Positions 9,265-16,493 of a DNA stretch of 30,742 nucleotides are shown here, piece after piece. The stretch lies in the IMG/VR virus record IMGVR_UViG_3300006120_000062, positions 1-30,742 of that record, one strand, 5' to 3'. Numbering within the stretch: the stretch's first letter is position 1; each line of letters starts with the position of its first letter. A model generated the notes under the pieces. The model ran no database searches, was not told where the DNA came from, and worked only from the letters and a program-made list of their open reading frames with translations. The position numbers were made by a program, and so were the translations under genes. This DNA is from a virus. Lineage: Duplodnaviria > Caudoviricetes.

Positions 9265-9593
9265 ACGCATTCTCCCCGGACGAGGACTGCAAGGAAATCT
9301 GGGGGGCTGCTTATCTGGCAGGCCGGGCAAAATATGATCAGGGTCAGAAAGAGCACAAGACGATGTTCCCCACCGGGGGCGCATCGTGGTACGCGGCCCA
9401 GATCAGGGAGGAAGCACTTGATACCATCTCCTACACGCACCATCTGTCCGAACGGATGAATTCCATCCGATCCCTTGCCAGGATGATGAAGGAAGATGAC
9501 GGGATGACCCTTTCCATGGCCGCCACGATCCTTGAATACCTTGCCGGGGATCACCCGCCCAAACTTCTGCCGATTGCCCATCGGCACGACTGA
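9261..9593 (+). CDS. Small all-alpha NTP pyrophosphatase (MazG-like) protein
   Basis: GRAKY...WY...IREEALDTISY (EExxD motif); GTG start with TTGACA box 13 nt upstream. Confidence 0.55.
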   Translation: MNAFSPDEDCKEIWGAAYLAGRAKYDQGQKEHKTMFPTGGASWYAAQIREEALDTISYTHHLSERMNSIRSLARMMKEDDGMTLSMAATILEYLAGDHPPKLLPIAHRHD

Positions 9594-9596
9594 TCC

Positions 9597-10370
9597 ATGG
9601 CTGCCATTGTTTCCAAATGGTCACGGTTCATGGCGATCGGGTGTTCTCATGGGAAACACATTTGCCCGGAAGCAAAAAAAGCCGTTTTGAATTTCAAGAA
9701 ATCATGGATCCGTCCCGTCAAGGGATCCGGTGATCTTTGCATTCATTTGGGAGATGCCATTGATACGGCGGCGTTCCGTTCGGGTGCCCGTGGAATTGAT
9801 GCGGACAGCGCGGAGCCGGTCGCTCCCGACATTGACGGCGGCCTTCAATTTCTTAAGGAGCTCCGTCCCGAAGTGTATCTTTGCGGAAACCATGAGGCAC
9901 GTCTCTGGCATCTTCAGTGCTCGCCGAATGCGGTCATAGCCTACGCAAGCAACCGGGCCATCCAGCACATCGAGGACGGCTGCGCCAAGATCGGAACCCG
10001 GATCATCCCGTACGACGGGATCTACCAGCAATATCGCCGCGCCGACCTGACTTTTACCCACGGGACATTTTACAACGAGATGGCGGCCCGCGACATGGCC
10101 GAGGCCTATGGTGACAAGGTCATCTTTGCCCATACCCACCGGGCAATGCAGGCCCCAGGCCGCACCATGAAAGCTTCGCAGGGATATTGCGTCGGGACGC
10201 TGACCCGAAAACGGGAAATGACTTACGCTTCCAACAGAAGGGCGACGATGGGATGGGGGATGGGGATTGTTGCCGGTGAATTCCGAGAAGGATCAAAACC
10301 CGCTTCCCAAGTCTGGCTGTTCACCGGTCCGTCTGAAAATGAAGACCACGGGTGGCGGCTTCCCTTTTAA
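9597..10370 (+). CDS. Calcineurin-like metallophosphoesterase
   Basis: Motifs GCSHG (DxH variant), HLGD, GNHE, THG, AHTH. Confidence 0.85.
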   Translation: MAAIVSKWSRFMAIGCSHGKHICPEAKKAVLNFKKSWIRPVKGSGDLCIHLGDAIDTAAFRSGARGIDADSAEPVAPDIDGGLQFLKELRPEVYLCGNHEARLWHLQCSPNAVIAYASNRAIQHIEDGCAKIGTRIIPYDGIYQQYRRADLTFTHGTFYNEMAARDMAEAYGDKVIFAHTHRAMQAPGRTMKASQGYCVGTLTRKREMTYASNRRATMGWGMGIVAGEFREGSKPASQVWLFTGPSENEDHGWRLPF

Positions 10371-10388
10371 ACAACGCCATTATTCTGA

Positions 10389-10646
10389 ATGAAAAAGAAA
10401 ACCGCTCCTCGAGGTGCCAATCATTGGATTGATATGATTGTTTGCGCTTCTGGACTAGAAGATAAAATTCCGGAAGGTTGGGTAACCATTGAAGAATTTG
10501 CAGCTGCAAAATCAATTCCGCCTCGGACCGCGGAAGGGATCATGAAACGGGAAATGAAAGCGGGCAATGTCCAGAGAAAGCAATTTCGTAGGATCTGCGG
10601 TTCAAAAACCATTCAGGTTTGGCATTACAACTCCGCCGATGCCTAG
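10389..10646 (+). CDS. Small putative winged-helix DNA-binding protein
   Basis: PEGWVTIEEFAAAKSIPPRTA...GNVQRKQFR...VWHY; basic, 85 aa. Confidence 0.55.
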   Translation: MKKKTAPRGANHWIDMIVCASGLEDKIPEGWVTIEEFAAAKSIPPRTAEGIMKREMKAGNVQRKQFRRICGSKTIQVWHYNSADA

Positions 10647-10827
10647 AACTGCAAAATCCCCACTTCCCCGGATTGATTTTTCGCTGGATCTCGCAGTACG
10701 CATCGAGGGGATCAAACTTCCTTTCCGGTTACGGACGCGCAAAGACCATGACCAACTCATGTGCCGACTTGATCAGTTCTGGAAACTGGTAAAAGAGAAA
10801 ATCCATGAAGTTGCCGAAGAGGATTAA
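10639..10827 (+). CDS. Hypothetical protein (62 aa)
   Basis: ATG at 10639 overlapping the upstream stop; fills the gap between two genes. Confidence 0.5.
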   Translation: MPRTAKSPLPRIDFSLDLAVRIEGIKLPFRLRTRKDHDQLMCRLDQFWKLVKEKIHEVAEED

Positions 10828-11053
10828 AATCATCGACCGTAAGTTGGGCAAGGAGGCGGCCTACGGCATGGCACATTACCCTGACACCGTGGAGATCGAT
10901 CCGCGGCAGCATTCCCGAGAACGGCTCGATACGATTTTGCACGAAGGGATTCACCTGATCCTGCCGGAGGCCAGTGAAGAACAGACTATCGAATTTGCAA
11001 ACCTCCTGAGCGACCTGCTTTGGCGCGACCGGTGGCGCCGGATCGATAAGTGA
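10805..11053 (+). CDS. Minimal zincin-like (HEXXH) protein
   Basis: AYG...VEIDP...LDTILHEGIH...EE; 82 aa. Confidence 0.7.
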   Translation: MKLPKRIKIIDRKLGKEAAYGMAHYPDTVEIDPRQHSRERLDTILHEGIHLILPEASEEQTIEFANLLSDLLWRDRWRRIDK

Positions 11054-11524
11054 TTAGAATCCGCTGGTGGCGGCTGGGGTGGGAGCCGGTCGTGTTTCTC
11101 CCCGGGCAACCTTTTCCTGTTTGGAACGATTCACGTAATCGTCCGACATGATGACCAGGGATTTGTCCTTGGTATCGTAACAGGCGGCCAAAGCTCCGAA
11201 TGCCGTCATAAAGAGACATTTGTTTGGCTCGATGTGGTTGGAATACTTCATGCCGTTGAAATTCGCAATCAGGAGTGATTCCAATTCTTCCGGGGTGAAA
11301 TCTTGGATAGGGCAGGAGGGATCCTTGATGATGGTGAGGAAATCGGTTTTTCCATTGTAGAAATGGACTTTGATGTCGAAATCACCCTTTTTGAAAATTG
11401 TACCGTTGACACCTTCTTTGACGACGGGTCCATACCTGGCGACACTCTCTTCAAGGGTTTCGCCGATCCGGGCATGGCAATTCAGGGACAATGCCAGGAA
11501 AAAAAGAGCAATCGTGGTTTTCAT
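11054..11524 (-). CDS. Exported protein, candidate lysogenic-conversion or superinfection-exclusion factor
   Basis: Signal peptide MKTTIALFFLALSLNCHA then RIGETLEESVARYG; co-oriented and downstream of the leftward RHH gene. Confidence 0.7.
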   Translation of the reverse strand: MKTTIALFFLALSLNCHARIGETLEESVARYGPVVKEGVNGTIFKKGDFDIKVHFYNGKTDFLTIIKDPSCPIQDFTPEELESLLIANFNGMKYSNHIEPNKCLFMTAFGALAACYDTKDKSLVIMSDDYVNRSKQEKVARGETRPAPTPAATSGF

Positions 11525-11571
11525 TATTGATCTTTTGTTCTACAAACGCCCACCGTCCGGAAAGGATAAAA

Positions 11572-11775
11572 TCACGCAGCGTTGCGTTTTGTCGGACTTT
11601 TTCCGTTTCCGTTGGTTTCCGGTTGCTGGAAATAAACCTGATGAATGGCTTCACGAGCCAAATCACTAAGTTTGGTTCCTGGTCCCCGTTGGGAGGCCAA
11701 AACGCTTAAATGGTTTTTCATCCGTTTGCTGATCCTTACTCGGATGTTTTCCGTGAGTTTTTCTTTATCCGTCAT
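11572..11775 (-). CDS. Ribbon-helix-helix regulator, putative immunity repressor
   Basis: ENIRVRI ribbon, SKRMKNHLSVLA helix A, KLSDLAREAIHQ helix B (Arc/CopG pattern); ATG at 11775. Confidence 0.75.
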   Translation of the reverse strand: MTDKEKLTENIRVRISKRMKNHLSVLASQRGPGTKLSDLAREAIHQVYFQQPETNGNGKSPTKRNAA

Positions 11776-11870
11776 GGGACCAATGTACCACAATGTAGCC
11801 AGATCAATGAGAAAAATCGTCTAAGCAAGTTAATTATATTGACGCATTGGGTCTCAATGTGGGACAAACG
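11771..11870. promoter_or_regulatory. Divergent promoter/operator region of the lysis-lysogeny switch
   Basis: AT-rich intergenic segment; rightward TTGACG at 11839-11844; leftward extended -10-like TGgTACATT 6 nt before the ATG; CAWTG repeats at 11781, 11791, 11805, 11845, 11855. Confidence 0.6.
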
Positions 11871-11875
11871 GCCAG

Positions 11876-12028
11876 ATGAACGGAACGACACTTGATTCAA
11901 AAATTAACGTGCGCCTCGCAAAACCAGTTGTCATGCACCTCCGCAAGCTTGCCGACGCGGAAGATCTGAAGGTTGCGGATCTGGTCCGCAAGGCGATCAA
12001 GAAAACCTACGGAGCACCGAAAAAATAA
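11876..12028 (+). CDS. Ribbon-helix-helix regulator, Cro-equivalent position (50 aa, not in ORF track)
   Basis: Translated by hand: MNGTTLDSKINVRLAKPVVMHLRKLADAEDLKVADLVRKAIKKTYGAPKK. Confidence 0.75.
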   Translation: MNGTTLDSKINVRLAKPVVMHLRKLADAEDLKVADLVRKAIKKTYGAPKK

Positions 12029-12035
12029 TTTTGCG

Positions 12036-12311
12036 ATGATTTCCCTCCTCAACAAATCCCAACTGGCGGCACAGATGGGACGGGATCCGACCTACGTTTC
12101 GGCGATGTGCCGGATGGGGTATGCGATGCAGTACGGGACCAAGACGACGCTTCGCCACGCCCTCAACTGGCTCAATGCAAATCCCGATTTCAGGGTTTCC
12201 TCGGCTTACCCTTCGATGCTCCCGCCCCGAGTGCGGCAAGGCAGGCGTCCAGGTCTGATGTTTTCAGCCGTTGATAAATCGCGTGAACCTGCTCCGTCGC
12301 ATGACCGATAA
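12036..12311 (+). CDS. Small HTH protein, candidate excisionase / recombination directionality factor
   Basis: LLNKSQLAAQMGRDPTYVSAM (MerR/Xis-like HTH); basic; converges on the integrase. Confidence 0.55.
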   Translation: MISLLNKSQLAAQMGRDPTYVSAMCRMGYAMQYGTKTTLRHALNWLNANPDFRVSSAYPSMLPPRVRQGRRPGLMFSAVDKSREPAPSHDR

Positions 12312-13224
12312 ACCTCATCGCCTGCTGTTCATTGACGTTGCCGCTGCGGGCCATGCGGGTGATCACCGTGACGCGGGTGGAATGAAAGGTGAGGTGGTCG
12401 AGACCCATCGAGTCGAAGACCCGGCTCCAATCGCGGGAGGCATTTCGGGAAAATTCCCAAGTCACGGGGCGTTTTTTCCGTTTCATTTTCGAGATCAGTG
12501 GAATGAGTGCTGGGTGCAGACGGGTCGTGTGACGGCGGCCTCCCTTGAGCGTGAAGGTAATGAGTTGGCGCTTGGTATCGATATCGCTCAAGGGAAGTGC
12601 CGTCTCTGCCAACCGGCATCCTTGGTTCCAGGCAATGTGCCAGCTCGCGGCCATCCATTCCGGAAGGTGGGGAAGCGCGGCCTCGATGATTTTGGCCTCG
12701 GCTTGAGTGATTTCCGGTTTTTCAGCCGGGGCTTCCTTTTTGAGTCCGAGCTTTGCCGCGGGATTGACGGTGATCAGGTTTCTGTTGATTGCCTCGTTGA
12801 GGATCAGTCGCAGGATGACGAGGTCATGGATGGCGGTATTGGCGGCGGCCTTGAGCTTTCTGGCATCAAAATAGGCGAAACAATGGGCTCGCTGGATCTG
12901 ATCGGCGAAGGTGATGCGCTGCGATTTGAAGAAAACGAGCAGGTGCTTCCATGCCAGGGAATAACTTTCCAGGGTGTGCGGTTGCTTGGAAAAGCGGGTG
13001 TCGATCCATCGCTGAACCCACGCCTCGAGCTCCTGATCGTTGGAACTTCTGACAGGGGACTTCATCTCTTCCATTTCACGTTTTGCCCGGAGCTGGCGGG
13101 CCATGCGTGTCTCCTGAACGGAATCCATCCGCCAGCGGGTCGATTCCTGACGCCGTCTTCCATTTGCGTCGATGTATTCAATCCACCAGTAGGGGGATCT
13201 CGTCCTGGAATAAAGGCTGGCCAT
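12190..13224 (-). CDS. int: Tyrosine recombinase (phage integrase)
   Basis: Catalytic set: GCR, TLKGG, FHSTR, IGH, AIY; N-terminal arm-binding-like domain MASLYSRTRSPYWWIEY; ATG at 13224. Confidence 0.93.
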   Translation of the reverse strand: MASLYSRTRSPYWWIEYIDANGRRRQESTRWRMDSVQETRMARQLRAKREMEEMKSPVRSSNDQELEAWVQRWIDTRFSKQPHTLESYSLAWKHLLVFFKSQRITFADQIQRAHCFAYFDARKLKAAANTAIHDLVILRLILNEAINRNLITVNPAAKLGLKKEAPAEKPEITQAEAKIIEAALPHLPEWMAASWHIAWNQGCRLAETALPLSDIDTKRQLITFTLKGGRRHTTRLHPALIPLISKMKRKKRPVTWEFSRNASRDWSRVFDSMGLDHLTFHSTRVTVITRMARSGNVNEQQAMRFIGHATEQVHAIYQRLKTSDLDACLAALGAGASKGKPRKP

Positions 13225-13229
13225 TTTTC

Positions 13230-13408
13230 GAGTGTAGGGAGTGTAGGGAAAAGTAACAGAAAAACCAAAAACCCAAGTGTAATGAACAGAGAAAACCAAA
13301 ATGCTGGACAGAGAAGGCCTCATTCATGGTTCGAATCCATGCGGGGCAGCCACTACTCTAACAGAGTAGAATCGGACATATCGAAAGAGTGTAGGGCAGA
13401 GTGTAGGG
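13230..13408. repeat. Integrase arm-type sites flanking attP
   Basis: AGTGTAGGG at 13231, 13240, 13388 and 13400 (two on each side of the core); AACAGA(G)AAAACCAAAA direct repeat at 13255 and 13285. Confidence 0.7.
13321..13352 (+). other. attP core: 3' portion of a tRNA (probably tRNA-Gln), not a full tRNA gene
   Basis: T-arm CATGG-TTCGAAT-CCATG, acceptor 3' strand CGGGGCA, discriminator G, CCA; about 100 bp from the int start; no 5' half or anticodon arm upstream. Confidence 0.85.
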
Positions 13409-13430
13409 AATCTTACGCGGGAGGTCTGAA

Positions 13431-13538
13431 ATGATCACCTTGTCCCTGACGGTTCTAGGGCTGGTCCTTTGGACAGGCCGAACTGAGTTTTCGGAGATTT
13501 TGGCCTGCCTGATGGCAAAAATCTGGGGAAATCGATGA
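13431..13538 (+). CDS. Small hydrophobic early protein (35 aa)
   Basis: GGAGGT 5 nt upstream; ATGA overlap with the next ORF. Confidence 0.45.
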   Translation: MITLSLTVLGLVLWTGRTEFSEILACLMAKIWGNR

Positions 13539-13690
13539 GCACGGATCCCTGCCTCGATGCTGGCCTTGATTACATCGCAAAGCTGACGCCCTGGTACGTG
13601 CGTTTTTTCCGATGGATCAGGGGTACGAAAAAGATCGTGGTCACTTGCCCGCGGTACAAGTCCACCGTTTATCCCGGCACCCATGAATGA
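13535..13690 (+). CDS. Small early hypothetical protein (51 aa)
   Basis: MSTDPCLDAG...PGTHE; overlaps both neighbours. Confidence 0.45.
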   Translation: MSTDPCLDAGLDYIAKLTPWYVRFFRWIRGTKKIVVTCPRYKSTVYPGTHE

Positions 13691-13775
13691 CACGACCCGT
13701 TTTTATGTGGGACTTGCTGCGGTGACGATTTTAGCCGTTGGCTGGCAATTCATCCGAAAGGGAGGTGGCCGATGA
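13683..13775 (+). CDS. Small single-TM early protein (30 aa)
   Basis: MNDTTRFYVGLAAVTILAVGWQFIRKGGGR; ATGA overlap with the next ORF. Confidence 0.45.
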   Translation: MNDTTRFYVGLAAVTILAVGWQFIRKGGGR

Positions 13776-14032
13776 GCGCTAACATCGGAATCTGCACGAT
13801 GACCGGATGTGTCGCTCCGGCTGAATGGGTGCATGGGGCTCCGATCGCTGGTGAGCAGGGTGAGGTGTTTCCTTGGCATCTTTGTCAGGAGTGCCATGAG
13901 TCGACCCAGATGGCGGAGCTGGCGCTGCTGGAATCTGGGATTGCCTATCCGGAGGATGAGCTATGGGTCCTCGAGGCCTGCCGCACTCGGATGGATCAAC
14001 TCAAGAAATTGGAGGGATTAAAAAAATCATGA
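13772..14032 (+). CDS. Cys-rich (possible zinc-binding) early protein
   Basis: CTMTGC...LCQECH; GGAGGT upstream. Confidence 0.6.
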   Translation: MSANIGICTMTGCVAPAEWVHGAPIAGEQGEVFPWHLCQECHESTQMAELALLESGIAYPEDELWVLEACRTRMDQLKKLEGLKKS

Positions 14033-14562
14033 TTTCCTCGACGCCTCAGGAAGCATTTCGCGCCTATGCAAACGATGTGGCTGAATCGGCCTACACGCCG
14101 GACTATGCTGCGGAGATCGATGATGAGGCGTCGATCATGGCGGAATCGTTTTTTTGGTACGCCCAGAACAAGATTCCTGTCGGCAAATTATCAATCCCTT
14201 GGAATGAGATGAAGGATTTCATCGAGGTGGCGGGAGAGTGGGGGATCGAGGTGCGAAATCAGGAACGGGAAAATCTGGCAGGAAAATCGTGGGAGATGCT
14301 TGGTCGGGTGATCGGGCTTCTCCTCGGGGCAAAGAATCTGGCGGCTCAGGTTCACGCATTGGCCTTTGCAGCCGGTCTCGATCAGCTCAACGGGAAGCGG
14401 TCTCAGGCCGAGATCGCCAGGGAGCTCGGATGTACCAGGGCGCTGATTTCTCATTACACCGTCGGCTGGGCGGATGTGCTGGGGATCTCGATCACTAAGT
14501 TCAGGAAGTCGGAATCCAGCCGAGAAACGTATAAGTCGGTTCAACTCAAACGAAAAAACTAA
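14029..14562 (+). CDS. DNA-binding protein with C-terminal sigma-region-4-like HTH
   Basis: RSQAEIARELGCTRALISHY; ATGA overlap with the upstream gene. Confidence 0.7.
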   Translation: MISSTPQEAFRAYANDVAESAYTPDYAAEIDDEASIMAESFFWYAQNKIPVGKLSIPWNEMKDFIEVAGEWGIEVRNQERENLAGKSWEMLGRVIGLLLGAKNLAAQVHALAFAAGLDQLNGKRSQAEIARELGCTRALISHYTVGWADVLGISITKFRKSESSRETYKSVQLKRKN

Positions 14563-14563
14563 T

Positions 14564-15007
14564 ATGTCCAATGAATTAACTCCGGCGGGGTATTTCCGCC
14601 CAGATGGTCTTGTCCTGCCCGAGGTGCTTTCGGGTCAGGAGTTCTTCGATGTCGGTTACCGAATCAAGGTAGCCAAGAAGTGTGCGTCGATCTGGATGCG
14701 CCAATGGCGTGAGTATGGATCGAATAGCTATGGTGAGGATTTCGTAGCTGATACGGAGAAGCAGATCGATCAGCAGTTGACCCTCGAACTTGGATTGCCT
14801 GAGCAGGAAAAGACGAAGCTCAATGAGGGCCTTGGCAAGGGGACTGCCATTGTAACGATCGAGGGGATCCGGCAGTCATTCGACCTATGGCGCCGCAAGG
14901 TGGCAGTCGATCGCTGGAAGTCGGACGACCGCAAGAAGGCCGCCGAGCTCCTGCGCCCGATGGTGGAGTTCTATGATTTCCTACTTAGCCAGGAGCAATC
15001 TAAATAA
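14564..15007 (+). CDS. Hypothetical early protein
   Basis: 147 aa; GLVLPEVLS...W...WREYG...YG pattern, loosely LmbU-like (weak). Confidence 0.6.
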   Translation: MSNELTPAGYFRPDGLVLPEVLSGQEFFDVGYRIKVAKKCASIWMRQWREYGSNSYGEDFVADTEKQIDQQLTLELGLPEQEKTKLNEGLGKGTAIVTIEGIRQSFDLWRRKVAVDRWKSDDRKKAAELLRPMVEFYDFLLSQEQSK

Positions 15008-15201
15008 TGGACTCCGGGGTGATGGATCTTGTCGATGAGATCGAGGCGCTGCGCGCTGAAATCAAGCGGATCAGGTCGGCGATCTCACGGGTCTTTGCGG
15101 CTTCGGAGGATCAGTCGCTTTCCAAGGCCCTCCGCAAGCTTCAGATCGAAGTGGAGCGATTTGCCCCCTCGATGGGGATCGATGCAAGGAGGCGGAAATG
15201 A
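15007..15201 (+). CDS. Small coiled-coil hypothetical protein
   Basis: LVDEIEALRAEIKR; TAATG overlap with the upstream stop. Confidence 0.55.
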   Translation: MDSGVMDLVDEIEALRAEIKRIRSAISRVFAASEDQSLSKALRKLQIEVERFAPSMGIDARRRK

Positions 15202-15578
15202 ACTTTGTCGGCGTTGAGAATGCTTGGCTCGAGCTGGAGAAGTCGATCCTTCTTCAGGCCATCGAGGATTATGTGCATCTCAAAGAAAAGGGTGTGATTT
15301 ATAATTGCGATAAGGTCAATGAATGTAAGTTCTCAAGGTACGGAAATTCCAAACACGGCGTCACGAGGCATCCTTTAAATTTTCATACCTCGAAGGATGT
15401 TTACGATTTGATCTGGTTCCTGAAGTCATCCTGGCTTGAGTTTTTTTGCATGGCCATCGGTCACAGGGCCTGTCGGATCCGCAAGAGGATTGGATTAGTT
15501 TCTGGCACCGGTGAGCTGCTGACGGCGGCCGATTTGGATTACTGGCATCGGTGTGCCACCCAAAAAAAGAGATTTTAA
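15198..15578 (+). CDS. Hypothetical early protein
   Basis: 126 aa; AAGGAGG upstream; ILLQAIEDY...FLKS pattern. Confidence 0.6.
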   Translation: MNFVGVENAWLELEKSILLQAIEDYVHLKEKGVIYNCDKVNECKFSRYGNSKHGVTRHPLNFHTSKDVYDLIWFLKSSWLEFFCMAIGHRACRIRKRIGLVSGTGELLTAADLDYWHRCATQKKRF

Positions 15579-15590
15579 GCTAATAATTTT

Positions 15591-16493
15591 ATGAAGAAAT
15601 CAGTTCCTGAGCTGAAGGCTCTGATGGATCTCCATGCCACGGCGCGACGCCTGGGCATCGCGGAATGGCCGAACAAGACGGGGTCATTTTCCTCGCCGCT
15701 GCGTCCCGACTCATCGGAGTCTTTTTCCATTTTTGAAAGAAGCGGTGAATTGAAATGGAAGGATCATTCTCCATCAGGTGATGGGGGTGGGGATCAGATC
15801 GATCTGATCATGACTTATCTGAATTGTGACAAGAAGGCTGCCATCCAGTGGATGAAAAAGGAGCTCGGGATCGAGGATGAAGCACGGAGCTACAAGAAGG
15901 CAGATGGGAATTATCGTCCGCGCGATCTGGTGGCGACCTATGATTACCGATCGGCCGATGGTACTTTGCTCCATCAGACGTTGCGCTTCCGATACCAGGA
16001 CACGGGGGAAAAGACATTTTGCCAGCGTAGGCCTGCCAAGCAGGGGGAGAAGTCTGGCAAGTATGAGGCACGTATCGACAATCGGACGGGACAGTGGTGG
16101 ATTTGGTCTCTTTATGGGATCGAGCCGGTCCTGTATCATCTCCCAGAGATGGCTGCGCGGCCGGAGGATGAGGTGTGGCTCTTTGAAGGGGAGAAGGATG
16201 CCAACAATGCGACCAATCTTGGTCTGCTATCGACTACTTCGCCCATGGGCGCCGGTAAGTGGCGGTCGTCGTTTTCGGAGTCACTCCGCGGGCGCAATGT
16301 GACGATTTGCCCGGATCGGGATGATCCTGGTCTGACCCATGCGATCATGGTCGCCAGGGCGCTGAAGGAAGTGGGCTCATCGATATCGATCGTGGAGTGG
16401 AAGGATCTCTGGCCGGATGCTCCCGCGGGAAAACTGGATTTTACGGATTGGGCGGAAAATTATCTCAAAAACGGCAAGGAGGTGGCGGCATGA
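15591..16493 (+). CDS. DnaG-type (TOPRIM) DNA primase
   Basis: N-terminal SPLRPDSSESFSI...GGDQID (zinc-ribbon-like); YDYRSADG; FEGEKDA; PDRDDPG; DFTDW. Confidence 0.85.
   Translation: MKKSVPELKALMDLHATARRLGIAEWPNKTGSFSSPLRPDSSESFSIFERSGELKWKDHSPSGDGGGDQIDLIMTYLNCDKKAAIQWMKKELGIEDEARSYKKADGNYRPRDLVATYDYRSADGTLLHQTLRFRYQDTGEKTFCQRRPAKQGEKSGKYEARIDNRTGQWWIWSLYGIEPVLYHLPEMAARPEDEVWLFEGEKDANNATNLGLLSTTSPMGAGKWRSSFSESLRGRNVTICPDRDDPGLTHAIMVARALKEVGSSISIVEWKDLWPDAPAGKLDFTDWAENYLKNGKEVAA

Noticed and set aside
13321-13352. Possible phage-encoded tRNA gene
   Set aside because: Only the T-arm and 3' acceptor strand are present; no D-arm, anticodon arm or matching 5' strand
12271-13434. 387-aa plus-strand ORF antisense to the integrase
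   Set aside because: Mirror-frame shadow of int, runs through attP, TTG start, no recognisable motifs
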